Sequence record: NC_061451.1
Length of the DNA stretch: 64,000 bases
Direction: 5' to 3' (one strand)
The position numbers were made by a program, and so were the translations under genes. Each line of letters opens with the position of its first letter. Within the stretch, counting starts at the first letter, position 1. Shown in pieces: positions 17,961-28,180 of this stretch. The notes beneath the pieces are model-generated. The model saw only the letters and a program-made list of their open reading frames with translations. It ran no database searches and was not told the origin of the DNA.

Positions 17961-20900
17961 CTACTGGTATCTGACGGTTAGCACAGAACTGCCGAAAGCA
18001 CGCGCATTGGTACGATAGATACAGACAATATCTGTCAGGTTATCGTAGACTCTGCGCCCAACAATCGGTCCTGTTTTACCATCTGATCCCGTTACTGGCC
18101 ACTGAGCACCATCAAAGCCTAACCACGCACGATTCACGTTGCCTGTAGCATCAGCAGCAGCGCTGAACACAGGCGTACCGTAATCTTGACGCACAACAAA
18201 GTAACCATATTCCTCTGTCTTAGTTGACAGTACGAACTGACCACCAGTGTTAGAGCGCAAGCGCGTAGGCAATTGATCGAGTGCAATGCTTATCGTTGTC
18301 AAACCAAATGGCGCAACACCGAAACGAGGATAGGATGAATACGCTGTCATGAAGTGGGTCTGCGTCAAACGCTGTTGCCCTTCAATGTACAGTGCTTTCA
18401 CACCAAACTTGGTATCGTTAAGCAACGTACCGATAACCAGCTTACCTGTCTGAGCGTTAATGCTGATACCTTGCACGTCTACAACGTCACCCTTCTCGTT
18501 TGTTATCTGCCACAAACATTTGGCGCTAACATCTTCCTTGTCAAACGTACCAGTACGGCCGAGCAATGCGCTGATCTGCATCGCGCTATCATCGCGCACG
18601 TTAGTGTAACCACCCACAGATAAATCTTGAGGGAAGCCAACGCCCGGACAAACGATTGTCTGTGTCAGGCTTATCGTGGTGCGTTGTTCCGTAATGATAC
18701 ATTCCACTTGAACAGTCTGTGGGTCCTTCGAAGCAGCAAAACTAAACGTACCATCTTGCGCTAAGGTGAATCCAGTAGACGACTTAACAACGTTCCATTG
18801 GAATGACACAGAGTTAGCATCAGGCAGAACAGACGAGCCTGTCGCACCAGAACGGCGTTCATAGTATGCGATAAACTTGTAGTCTTTGTTCGGCTCAATG
18901 TTTGAAGCAGGGTTCTCGATGGCACCACTAAGGATAGTGTTCAACGTTTGCAGATTAACAGTACGACTGCTGGTAATCGTTTCATCCACCAGCGAATACG
19001 GGTTCTGCTTGGTGAACGTGGCGTTGATTGTAATCAGACCATCAGACAACTGAGACTGACCGATATACAGATGACCGTTAAGCTGATCAATCGATACGCC
19101 ATCAACGTTGGTGCTTTCCCCAATAGACCACAGTGCGTCTGTTGTTGTCAGCTCATCATCAGGGTCGATAATGATACGCAGCGAGAACGGAACGAACCAG
19201 CGGCCATTCTCGTACCCAACATCAGGGTTACGATCAGACACATCCCACACAATATCAGGACCAACGATACCCATCTGACGCAGGTACGTGTTAGCCTGTA
19301 CGAGGAATACAGTCAGCGTCTTCTCAATCTGATATTGGTCACATGTATAACGCGCACGCAACGTCACAGCACCATTAACGTTCTGGTTAGGTGTGATGTT
19401 ACCTTCATCGTCAATCACTGCGATTATATCGTCGGTCGGCACAAGCACTGTCGTATTATTCGGACCCGCCTGTGTGTAATACTGACCAATGATAGCCCAC
19501 TCGGCATACTGCTCAAGTTCGAATGTGGTAGGCTTCTCTTCCAGATATGAACCATCAATCGTCCGCGCTACGCCACCTGTTTGATACGTGAGTACAAGCG
19601 CATAAGACTCAGACAACACGCCAGCAGAAATCTGAGTAGCACCTTCAATGCGACTGTTGATCACATTGTTGATACTCTCTTTAGGCTTAGGCGAAACGAT
19701 CAAATCAATCTTGTTGCTCACACGGAAGAACGAGGCAATCACCTGAGTATACGTCGGATAGAGGCACTTGCCCGCTTGCAGTATCGCACCATCGTAGAAC
19801 GTATTCTCCAAATCAGTCAGACTCGCAATGGAGTTGAACATAGGCAGCTTGGAGACTTTCATCGCACGGAAGTCTTTGTACGATGCAGGCGTTGAGCCTT
19901 CTACGATTTCAACAACAGCCATACCACTATAACGACCAGGCGAGAACTGTAGGACCTTGTAATCGTCTGTGTCTTTATCAGGCCAGTTGCCAGACCACTG
20001 TGCGGCAGTAACGTATTCCTGAGTACCATCTGCATAGGTCGCAAGCAAACGCACAAAGGTACGCGTGTTCGAATACAGGGTATCAGGACATTCGATAGTG
20101 ATTGAATCCACCAGCGCACGTAACGGGATAAGCTGAATGTCTCGGTAGTTTACCAGCTCAGTGCCTTCGTACTCATAGTGCATCGTAATGCGTGCAGCAC
20201 CATGCAAGTCACCTTGGAAGTAAAGCGAGTATTCATCCGACTGACGTTCCATAATCGGGTCATACACACTGTTGGACGAGGCAGATACGTTCAGCGTTAC
20301 CCAGCGAGCATAATCAGGATTGTCGGGGTCATACTGCGTTGGGTCCTGACCTTGCTCGACAGCTTCCTGTTGCAGCTTGATGGTACGCTCACGCGCTTCT
20401 TCCTTGGCGCTCGCACTCGGCACGTACTCTACGCTAACTGATGCAGCCGCAGCATACACTTGGCCATCGTTCCACAAACAAACAGTCGGCAGCATCAACG
20501 TATTACCGTTACCGATAGACGATGAGCTACGCAGATCCACCTGCTTAGGAATCATGATAGTATCATTGATCAAGAACAGGTTCTGGTATGTCTGTGTTGT
20601 GCCTTCTGTGTAAGCAAAGCACAGAGCATAGCGCACAGCATCACCATCAACCAGAGGCGCAGTGAACTCACCGCTCTTCGGGTCAACATACGTTAGGGCA
20701 TGTGTATCGGTCGCTGTGTCTGCACGACTGAACCAGACGCCTTGAACCTCTGTGTAAGCTACCACGATCGAGGGGTCACGCGCAGCAATCTGCTCAGGCG
20801 TTGCAGCGGCAAGAACATACAGCGCCATGGCTTTAGGACGAATGATTGTGCGCTCGACGATGGTGTCAGGAATAACGAGGTCAACAGTCGCAAGCGCAAT

Positions 20901-22487
20901 CTCAGGCGCCTTCATCTTGATCTGACGCACAGCCTGAATAGGAGTGACGTCACCAAACTCGGCATACAGCGAGGTCATGTAATCCTGACGCATCACCTTA
21001 GACTTGAGTGTGGACTCTACAATGTCAGTCCATTCAGATGTAGAGCGGCACTGTGCAGAGGAGACCTTAGACGTACCATCGTTGTATGTAACGACATACT
21101 TGATAGCTTGGTCCTGCCCTTGAGCAATCTCGTCATCAACAAGAATCTCCAGATTAACAGGCACAAGGTCCTTGACGCTGCGGTTGACAGCAAACTCTTT
21201 CGTCTGCGTCATATCAAACTGACCCTGGAAGTCTACCGTGATATCCAGAGTGGTGTCAGCATCAACACTAGGCAGCACCAACGTCGAACCGTTGAACGTA
21301 CCCAGAGTAGAACTCAGTTTGACCATGCCGCTATCAGTCAGGTCTTTTGTCTGGCCAGTAGTTTTATACAGACCGTACACTTTGACCTTAGCACTTGAGT
21401 TACCATACAGGCTAGACGTTTCGATTGTCAGCTCATCAGGGTCAGGCTCAACGCCGATAGGATAGATGCGACTCTCCAGCACTTGGCTGGTGGTGTTGTA
21501 GCGCAAAGTAAGGCTGATCGATGTGATAGCAAGAGGCTCATTGAAACGCACAGCATTACCATCACGCTCTGCAATCCATGAACTGTCTTCTACCCACACT
21601 TCGACTGTTTGTTCTGTGTTGTCGCTGTAACTGATAACAGCACCGAACGTCATCCACTCACCGCCACGAATGAACTCAGGCTGAATGAATGAGATAGCAG
21701 ACTGCAAAGGACTGCCTACAGTGAAGCGGCGAATAGGCTCTACCACTGTGTGCGCACCGATATAAATCTGCGCTGTCATGTTGATTGCAGCGTACACGCC
21801 TTCAAGAACTTCCTCGATAGGCGCCCACTGGTAGAATAGCTCGGAGATGCGACGATAGAACATCGCACTACGCGCCGTGTACTGCTCAACATCGTTGTTC
21901 ACAGGGTCAAAGCCAATGTGGTTGTTGAACCAGTCTTCGGCTTCTGTTTGCGTCAACCCTACTTGCTGTAGCGCATTCACAACATCGGTCTGCGCGTCTT
22001 TTGTGATCGTCAGGTCAAGTCCACCGTCAATCAGATGCGCATCGACTTCCAGATTAACCTTGTTCGTCTTATACCACTGGCCACCATCTTGAATTAGAGC
22101 ACCAAGAGGTGTAGGCAGGAATGTCTGATAGTCCGCAGTGTACAGACGGTTAGTATCAAACTGGCCACCCAGCAACAGACCAACAAACTTGTTCCACTGT
22201 GTTGTTCCACTGACTTGCTGCCAATCAGGCAAGCAATCGATAACACGCTTTAACGTAGGCAGACGCGCGCTCATCAGGTCACGCGTCAAGTTGATGCCTA
22301 ACTGGCGAATGGATGCAGCCGCCAGTTCATCGTTAGAGTCAGCATTGATGCGACGAAGGTCTAACAGTTGTTGAATCGCTGTCAGGTTTTGTTCGTCGTT
22401 GTGATCATCAAAGATTTGGAACAACTCAGCCCATGCTTCATTCGACTCAACAAAGTCGATGTTAAAGGCTATTGAGTTAGTCTTCAC
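17961..22487 (-). CDS. Large baseplate wedge protein with multiple Ig-like repeats
   Basis: 1508 aa; directly follows the gp6/J-like gene; repeated 'I.GP......A..Y.DG......V...W' Ig-like modules. Confidence 0.7.
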   Translation of the reverse strand: MKTNSIAFNIDFVESNEAWAELFQIFDDHNDEQNLTAIQQLLDLRRINADSNDELAAASIRQLGINLTRDLMSARLPTLKRVIDCLPDWQQVSGTTQWNKFVGLLLGGQFDTNRLYTADYQTFLPTPLGALIQDGGQWYKTNKVNLEVDAHLIDGGLDLTITKDAQTDVVNALQQVGLTQTEAEDWFNNHIGFDPVNNDVEQYTARSAMFYRRISELFYQWAPIEEVLEGVYAAINMTAQIYIGAHTVVEPIRRFTVGSPLQSAISFIQPEFIRGGEWMTFGAVISYSDNTEQTVEVWVEDSSWIAERDGNAVRFNEPLAITSISLTLRYNTTSQVLESRIYPIGVEPDPDELTIETSSLYGNSSAKVKVYGLYKTTGQTKDLTDSGMVKLSSTLGTFNGSTLVLPSVDADTTLDITVDFQGQFDMTQTKEFAVNRSVKDLVPVNLEILVDDEIAQGQDQAIKYVVTYNDGTSKVSSAQCRSTSEWTDIVESTLKSKVMRQDYMTSLYAEFGDVTPIQAVRQIKMKAPEIALATVDLVIPDTIVERTIIRPKAMALYVLAAATPEQIAARDPSIVVAYTEVQGVWFSRADTATDTHALTYVDPKSGEFTAPLVDGDAVRYALCFAYTEGTTQTYQNLFLINDTIMIPKQVDLRSSSSIGNGNTLMLPTVCLWNDGQVYAAAASVSVEYVPSASAKEEARERTIKLQQEAVEQGQDPTQYDPDNPDYARWVTLNVSASSNSVYDPIMERQSDEYSLYFQGDLHGAARITMHYEYEGTELVNYRDIQLIPLRALVDSITIECPDTLYSNTRTFVRLLATYADGTQEYVTAAQWSGNWPDKDTDDYKVLQFSPGRYSGMAVVEIVEGSTPASYKDFRAMKVSKLPMFNSIASLTDLENTFYDGAILQAGKCLYPTYTQVIASFFRVSNKIDLIVSPKPKESINNVINSRIEGATQISAGVLSESYALVLTYQTGGVARTIDGSYLEEKPTTFELEQYAEWAIIGQYYTQAGPNNTTVLVPTDDIIAVIDDEGNITPNQNVNGAVTLRARYTCDQYQIEKTLTVFLVQANTYLRQMGIVGPDIVWDVSDRNPDVGYENGRWFVPFSLRIIIDPDDELTTTDALWSIGESTNVDGVSIDQLNGHLYIGQSQLSDGLITINATFTKQNPYSLVDETITSSRTVNLQTLNTILSGAIENPASNIEPNKDYKFIAYYERRSGATGSSVLPDANSVSFQWNVVKSSTGFTLAQDGTFSFAASKDPQTVQVECIITEQRTTISLTQTIVCPGVGFPQDLSVGGYTNVRDDSAMQISALLGRTGTFDKEDVSAKCLWQITNEKGDVVDVQGISINAQTGKLVIGTLLNDTKFGVKALYIEGQQRLTQTHFMTAYSSYPRFGVAPFGLTTISIALDQLPTRLRSNTGGQFVLSTKTEEYGYFVVRQDYGTPVFSAAADATGNVNRAWLGFDGAQWPVTGSDGKTGPIVGRRVYDNLTDIVCIYRTNARAFGSSVLTVRYQ

Positions 22488-23947
22488 TGATTCATCTTCC
22501 TTTCGCTATAAAGGATATTGACTCGCAGGTTACGCAGCGCAACATACTCAAGCACAGTGTTAGGAATGATATCCTGAACAGGGCTTGGGATATTGCAGTA
22601 GTCCACTTCTGGGCGGCGCACTGGCTTGTCTGGGTCTGTCCAGTCGTACAGCACACGGTCAGTAATGTCAGACAGCGCAAGACGTTTACCTAACATACCA
22701 GGGCGACGCTCAAACAACTTGAGGACAGACGCTTCCAGCACAGACTGATTCGACTCACGCGTGCCTGGTGCATCAGCATAGAGCGACACGTCCAGCACAC
22801 AGTCAATCTGCAACTTGTCAGGGTTCCATGATTGAATATCGAGTGGACTGCTGTACTGTGAAAGCCAGTTGAGGAACTTAGTCCACTGTGCAGATGAAGG
22901 GTTCGGGTTGATGCCACCCCACGAGCTGGTGTTACGGGGCAACACACAGATACGCACAACGCCTTGCCACTCTTTGTCGTTAGGTGCTATCTCTGCTTGT
23001 CCCTGAACAACAACATCAGCAACGTCAGGATAGAGCGCACACGCTGCTTTCCATTCATCACGACGAATCAGTTTCTTGCGGCTACGACCAACAATCGGGC
23101 TGTAGTTGCGATAATACTCAGGAGGAGTTTCATCAGAACCACCAAGCGCGGCAGTAGTAGTCTTGCCTTGAAGCTGAGGGTTATCTAAGCACTGCACTTT
23201 CAGGCCCATGCTGTCAGTATTACCAGCAGCGCCTACAGCCTTGATGCCCTGAACTTTCATCGTATAGCCAGCGGGTGGTTTGATTCCCCACTGCTCGCCA
23301 CCGAACTGAATCTCAACGTCACCGCTATCTGTAGTTACATCGAGGAAGATCTGTTGTCCAGCATACGCTTCAAACAAACACTTCTCATAGCGCTGATACT
23401 CAGTTTTGGTACCAGTAGGATGCTCGAACCAGACACGCAAGTCAGAGGTAAGCTCAAAGTTCTCGGTGCCTAAAGCAACAGTCATGTAATCATACGGGTT
23501 AGTGATCACTTGGCTGAACGTGAACATGCTACCGATAATCAAATCAACTGTCTTGACTTCGCCTGGCGCCCATTGAGTTACTTCGGACAGGAGAGCATTG
23601 CTATCACCTACAGTGAATGCCGTGTACTTGTCATAACTGACTTTCACAGCACTCAGGTTAGCGATAGTGGCACTGACTGTAGATGTTGACTTGCGTCCAA
23701 TATCCACACCCAGATAGCGGGCGTTAGCAAGTAGGCTTGTATTACGACGAGCAAGACGGCTGAACGCTTCACGCGCTGCAATCAGTGTAGCCCACGAGTT
23801 AGATACACCGATATCGCCAAGAGCATCAGCAAGGAGTGCAGTCAATGAACTGACTTGACTATCAGTCCAGTAAGAAGATTCGTTGATACGCTTAAGGAAG
23901 TCTTGTGCAAACTCCTCGTGCGTAGTGTACGTGTTAAGCATGGACAT
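22484..23947 (-). CDS. Baseplate wedge protein (T4 gp6 / P2 gpJ-like)
   Basis: SRLARRNTSLLANARYLG, FGGEQWGIKP, GAAGN, ALGGSDET...RDEWKA motifs typical of the baseplate J family. Confidence 0.8.
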   Translation of the reverse strand: MSMLNTYTTHEEFAQDFLKRINESSYWTDSQVSSLTALLADALGDIGVSNSWATLIAAREAFSRLARRNTSLLANARYLGVDIGRKSTSTVSATIANLSAVKVSYDKYTAFTVGDSNALLSEVTQWAPGEVKTVDLIIGSMFTFSQVITNPYDYMTVALGTENFELTSDLRVWFEHPTGTKTEYQRYEKCLFEAYAGQQIFLDVTTDSGDVEIQFGGEQWGIKPPAGYTMKVQGIKAVGAAGNTDSMGLKVQCLDNPQLQGKTTTAALGGSDETPPEYYRNYSPIVGRSRKKLIRRDEWKAACALYPDVADVVVQGQAEIAPNDKEWQGVVRICVLPRNTSSWGGINPNPSSAQWTKFLNWLSQYSSPLDIQSWNPDKLQIDCVLDVSLYADAPGTRESNQSVLEASVLKLFERRPGMLGKRLALSDITDRVLYDWTDPDKPVRRPEVDYCNIPSPVQDIIPNTVLEYVALRNLRVNILYSERKMNQ

Positions 23948-24366
23948 TATTGGGCCCTCATGGCAAACGTAACTGACTGCGTGTTTTCCAGTTTAGGACA
24001 ACGCCAGTTGATGGTACACACATAGGTCTGATCGTACTGAGCGCTCATACCACACGTTGTCCGTACATCGGTAACGTCATCAGTCAACCCGTTCGCTGGG
24101 TCTTCTAGTGCGATACGCATGTAGGTTGCAATCCACTGCGCGGTCTTATCATCAAACGGTTCGAACAGGTATTGATAGACGTCAGCACCAAACGCTTCAC
24201 GCCATTTACGTGAACGCTTTCTCGTACCAACAACCATCAGAATCTTTTGGACGATGCTATCCATGTTCTGGACGTTATCACGAGGCTCAAGATGAATCCA
24301 TACGTTAACGTCACAGTAAACACGCTCGGAGACAGGCACGTCAATCAAACGAATAGCGATAGCCAT
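23947..24366 (-). CDS. Baseplate wedge subunit / sheath initiator (gp25-like)
   Basis: SIVQKILMVVGTRKRSR...FGADVYQYLFEP motif; position between PAAR and gp6-like genes. Confidence 0.8.
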   Translation of the reverse strand: MAIAIRLIDVPVSERVYCDVNVWIHLEPRDNVQNMDSIVQKILMVVGTRKRSRKWREAFGADVYQYLFEPFDDKTAQWIATYMRIALEDPANGLTDDVTDVRTTCGMSAQYDQTYVCTINWRCPKLENTQSVTFAMRAQ

Positions 24367-24656
24367 TAGCCAAATCTCACGTTGTTGCTGCCATTGGATG
24401 CGGTGTCATTGCACGTATTAGGGTCACCATTGCGTTGAGCAGGCTTACCGTTAACACGCACAGTCGAACTGGAGATAGCGTAGCCCACATGTGGTGGTTT
24501 CTTAGGTGCTGAGTGGGGTTGATACGCATCACCCTGACGCACGCTTCCCTTACCATTGATCATGACATTGGCTGAGGCTTGTACTGCGACAACAGGATAA
24601 AACCCATTGTGTCCTGTGGACAGGTCTGCGCCTAACCGAATTGCTTTCTGGCCCAT
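24366..24656 (-). CDS. PAAR-type spike tip protein (T4 gp5.4-like)
   Basis: AIRLGADLSTGH, VMINGKGSVRQGD...H, VRVNGKPAQRNGD..TC; His/Cys metal ligands. Confidence 0.85.
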   Translation of the reverse strand: MGQKAIRLGADLSTGHNGFYPVVAVQASANVMINGKGSVRQGDAYQPHSAPKKPPHVGYAISSSTVRVNGKPAQRNGDPNTCNDTASNGSNNVRFG

Positions 24657-24679
24657 TGTTATTCTCCTCTGTTAGGCAC

Positions 24680-24687
24680 AAATTAGC
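24680..24687 (-). promoter_or_regulatory. Candidate late promoter GCTAATTT
   Basis: Exact motif 23 nt upstream of the PAAR start, right after a terminator. Confidence 0.6.
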
Positions 24688-24701
24688 TTTATACGCGACA
24701 G

Positions 24702-24731
24702 AAACAAAAACGGGCAGCCTAATGGCCACCC
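24702..24731 (-). terminator. Intrinsic terminator closing the 24.7-26.0 kb unit
   Basis: Minus strand GGGTGGCC-ATTA-GGCTGCCC-GTTTTTGTTT. Confidence 0.8.
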
Positions 24732-24755
24732 GGTTCTTGCGCTTGGATTTTGTCG

Positions 24756-24917
24756 CTATTCCCACATCCCTCGAACGTGTGCCACTGTGCCCTCAAGCAC
24801 GTAGCCGGAATGAATAGAGGAAGGATAGACTACCTGAGGTCCTTCCTGTAACGATAACAACCGACCAAGCATTGCGATTGCTATCAGCGACAATATGAGC
24901 AGTACAATCGTCATCAT
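24756..24917 (-). CDS. Possible 53-aa small membrane protein (not in the ORF track)
   Basis: MMTIVLLILSLIAIAMLGRLLSLQEGPQVVYPSSIHSGYVLEGTVAHVRGMWE*; ATGA overlap with a 13-codon upstream ORF; no strong RBS. Confidence 0.4.
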   Translation of the reverse strand: MMTIVLLILSLIAIAMLGRLLSLQEGPQVVYPSSIHSGYVLEGTVAHVRGMWE

Positions 24918-25014
24918 ATCGTCGTTACTCTTCTTTTGGCCGAACGGTACTGCATGGTTTGATCAGATTACTCCGCTGCCTATCGTCCACGATCACTTAG
25001 GTTTCAGTTTCTTC

Positions 25015-25930
25015 ATCTCTTTACCGCCTGCGCTGCGGTCAAGCCGCACACCCTGCACACGGGTCTAACACAAAGGGGCGGAAGAACCTTTATGCTCGAA
25101 ACATGCACATGGCGAAGGAGGCCACGCATCGGTGATCTGCTGGTGTTAACACACTTTTAAGGCCTTTCGTTTGTGCACCATTCAAGAGACAGGGCCACCA
25201 GCTAGTGATCTCTTTAAGGTATCGCACTGACTTGTGAACAAGTCACGGGTTGAAAACTATACACTTCCATATGCGCATCGGGAGAAACGCATAAGGCTGA
25301 TGCACAGCTTTGACTAAGAAGGATTGCGCCCGTCGCCCGACTTCACTTGGGTATCGACAATCGCTCTCTCTTACTCCCTTGAGTACAGCGCAAGGAACAC
25401 TGAGTCAATGAGTAGTCTGCGGGTGTTTCTCACTAGAGGGTGAAAGCCTCTTAGATTCTTTATTCTGTACAGCACCTTAGTGGACTGAATCGCCCGCTGG
25501 AGCATCCAATAAGGCCCTCTCGGTTAGGCACCTTACTGTACAGAAAACCCGGGGAGTACGTTACCATATAAAACGACTCTCCCCAATGCATACCAGAGCG
25601 ACTTGATATGCATCAGGCAGTGAACGTTTGCAGAAGTTCAACTGCTTTGCTTCCCGCTGAACTAGAGCCACACCGTTGAGTCTACGGTCCACAGTAGTTA
25701 CATGCCTAGAGGATATTGCCTTGGAGTTTATGTCCTATGGAATAACCGGGCTCGTCGCGTCGGTGCCACAGCAATATTCTATCATGTGGTGCTGGGGTTG
25801 TTCCCCACATTATGCGATTGCTCGCAACCAGCTGGAGGTCTGCGTCCGATGAAAAGAATAACTAAGACGCAGATGAGCTTTTCAGAAAAAACGGCACACC
25901 AAGAAAATTGGCTAAACTTAGTGTGCGTAT
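25015..25930 (-). ncRNA. Candidate large structured non-coding RNA of unknown class
   Basis: ~0.9 kb with no credible ORF in an otherwise gene-dense genome; roughly 15 or more hairpins and nested stems; strand is tentative (minus-strand GCAA, GAGA and GTAA loops, but some G.U pairs favour +). Confidence 0.55.
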
Positions 25931-25973
25931 AGATATTACTATCTACAATTTTTATTTACAGATTTTTCTGAGA

Positions 25974-27737
25974 TTAGAATGCCTTACGTTCAACATTCGA
26001 ATAGTACGTTTCGTACGGCTCAGAATACAACTCAGGACCGCGCTGCGCACGCACAGTAACATAGCCTGTATGGCGATTCACTGCGGTGATTTCGATAGTA
26101 GGCTGTTTAGGCTTAATCGTGCCGTAGATAGGCGCGTTCATCGTTGGTGGGTCTGTCTGAATCTTGTTTACAGATTGCAGTGCAGCACCAGACAGCGTAG
26201 GGAACTTAAAGCGCAATTCAGCACGCGTGCGGCCTGTAGCGATCTTGATGCTACCAGCAGGCAGTTCAACGCCGCTTTGTTTCAGGTAAGCAGCGATGCG
26301 ACGACCAATACCCGCTAATTGGTTCTTAGCGACAGGGTCCATCAGACCATCGAAGCTAATGGCTGATTGCGGTTGATTCACTGACAGATGCATACCCGTG
26401 TTGAAGTAGCCTTCTGCGAGAAAGCGATACAACTGACGAACAATCTCAGGAGTGTTCTGTGCAATCACAGGCGTCAACAACTCAGGTGGATTGGTCTTCA
26501 TCGGGTCGCGGTATTCAACCTGACCTTGTGAGTAACCCATACTGATATGCTTAACACGAGGATAAGCAGACTGCAACGAACCAGTAGAGCGAATCAGGAT
26601 AGAGCCAGACTTCGCTTGATCATACAGTTCATCGCTGGTGGTTGTTGAGAACAGGAAGTAGTCGGTAGGCACAGCCATACGACCGATAGCTTCGATTGCT
26701 TTCGTCTGCACTTCTTTGATCGTCGAACCAAACACTACGCGGCTACGATTCGGCTGAGCAGTAGACACAGCGAAGAATGCGCCGTACACTACCTTCTGGT
26801 CTTTGACGATAGGCGAAGCAGACTTAACCTTTTGACCGCCTGGCAGTGGAGGTAGCTTAACGCCCACCAGCTTGCCTTTAGTGATTGCTTTGTTCGCAAC
26901 AACAGGCTTCAAGGAGGACAGCAGCTTGTTCAACTCAGACCCGTCAAGAATCTTCTCCAGCGGAACAACGAGGTTCTGCGGCAGATAGTGTTTCTTGCGC
27001 AACGTATAGATAACGGTGTCTTTCTTGATCTGTAGAGGAGTAGCCATGTTACGACCAGCTTGACCAACAGGCTGGAACGTATTCGCTTTGTCCTGACCAA
27101 CAGAGCCGAACTCTTTGTCAAACACAGACTGACCGATGATGTTCGCTGCACGCAGATGGCCACGCACGTTGAACACAATCTTAGGTTCATCTTTCATGCG
27201 CAACTCATAGCGGTCACGCGTCAGATAGACCATGCTGAACTTGTCGCCTTTCTCCAGCTCAAGGTCATACTCATCGTTAGCGTCATCGATAACAACTTTC
27301 TTACCCTGATAGGTAGCGTACACGCGAGCGGCAGCAGACTCCGAAGCAATCTTCAACGCTACGCCACAGTTAGACAGCGCAGTAGCATAGTTGGTTGCGT
27401 GGAACAGCGCGTCGTTCGATTCCGTGATAGCGACTTCTTTACCGCGTACGCCCAGCGCAAGGTGGATAGCGCTAGAGCTGGACATGAACACAGTGTGACC
27501 TGTATCTTCATGCTTACCAGCAAAGGACATACCACTAACACGCGAAATAGACAGCGCATTTAGGTGTGGAGTAGTGAACGTATCACCCGCAGCAAAGTCA
27601 AAGATTTCACCTTGACGCCACGCGTAACCGATGTTGTTTGAACTCAAGCCAACAAACGCATCACCCACCTGTCGAATCGTAGTAGGGATAATGCTGAGAT
27701 CGCGAACGATCTGATTTTGTTTCTGAATGATGGTCAT
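25974..27737 (-). CDS. Hypothetical protein, putative internal head protein
   Basis: 587 aa; ASESAA motif followed by the ~65-aa domain shared with 40431..41108, 49036..50148 and 56251..58197. Confidence 0.6.
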   Translation of the reverse strand: MTIIQKQNQIVRDLSIIPTTIRQVGDAFVGLSSNNIGYAWRQGEIFDFAAGDTFTTPHLNALSISRVSGMSFAGKHEDTGHTVFMSSSSAIHLALGVRGKEVAITESNDALFHATNYATALSNCGVALKIASESAAARVYATYQGKKVVIDDANDEYDLELEKGDKFSMVYLTRDRYELRMKDEPKIVFNVRGHLRAANIIGQSVFDKEFGSVGQDKANTFQPVGQAGRNMATPLQIKKDTVIYTLRKKHYLPQNLVVPLEKILDGSELNKLLSSLKPVVANKAITKGKLVGVKLPPLPGGQKVKSASPIVKDQKVVYGAFFAVSTAQPNRSRVVFGSTIKEVQTKAIEAIGRMAVPTDYFLFSTTTSDELYDQAKSGSILIRSTGSLQSAYPRVKHISMGYSQGQVEYRDPMKTNPPELLTPVIAQNTPEIVRQLYRFLAEGYFNTGMHLSVNQPQSAISFDGLMDPVAKNQLAGIGRRIAAYLKQSGVELPAGSIKIATGRTRAELRFKFPTLSGAALQSVNKIQTDPPTMNAPIYGTIKPKQPTIEITAVNRHTGYVTVRAQRGPELYSEPYETYYSNVERKAF

Positions 27738-27745
27738 ATTGATCC

Positions 27746-28180
27746 CTAATACGAAACAAGGCGGAAGGCATTCTTCTTGAGAAGATTCAAATTGCCTAAC
27801 ATGAGACTGTAGGCCATTGTGCCGTGCTCTTTAATAAGCTCGTCAGGCACAAGTGAACCGAAATAAATTGAGCGGTCTGGACGTGAGTTAATCTCAACGC
27901 CACTGGACTTCATTGCATTCGGTACGATGAAGCACCAAGGCTCTGCAACGTACTTACCTTTCACATACTGAACTCTATAGCCAACGGCAACGCGCTGGCC
28001 TTTCGGCGGGCTGTATGAAAAGACATCCGTCTGCAATTCGAGGGCTTTCGACACGGAGAAAAGCGCCATAGTCAGAAAGCGTTGCTCGAATTGTGGAATG
28101 AATGCGTTGTCTTCGCATATCTTTTTCAGTACAGCCTCTTGCCGTGCTCGTGGGAACGAAGCGAAGAGGCTCAGGTTCAT
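27746..28180 (-). CDS. Hypothetical protein
   Basis: 144-aa ORF, ATGA overlap with tmk. Confidence 0.6.
   Translation of the reverse strand: MNLSLFASFPRARQEAVLKKICEDNAFIPQFEQRFLTMALFSVSKALELQTDVFSYSPPKGQRVAVGYRVQYVKGKYVAEPWCFIVPNAMKSSGVEINSRPDRSIYFGSLVPDELIKEHGTMAYSLMLGNLNLLKKNAFRLVSY

Noticed and set aside
25430-25555. RNase P-like fragments on the + strand (GGGTGAAAG, GGAGCA..CCAATAAGG, ACAGAAAACCCGG) and a possible tmRNA
   Set aside because: No GAGGAAAGTCC (CR-I) partner for the P4 pseudoknot, and no tRNA-like acceptor/T-arm ends or CCA
25260-25680. Group I intron-like words in the non-coding element (GCGGGAA at about 25651-57 on the minus strand, CCCGCAG, GACTA...TAGTC at 25312-16/25413-17)
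   Set aside because: The elements do not assemble in canonical P3-P4-P6-P7 order with a convincing P3 or J8/7 on either strand, and no interrupted host gene flanks the region. Kept only as an unclassified ncRNA; an Infernal search would settle it.
25702-26318. Track ORFs 25702..25932 (-), 25908..26318 (+) and 24550..24765 (-)
   Set aside because: No RBS, atypical composition, and they overlap terminators, hairpins or a better gene
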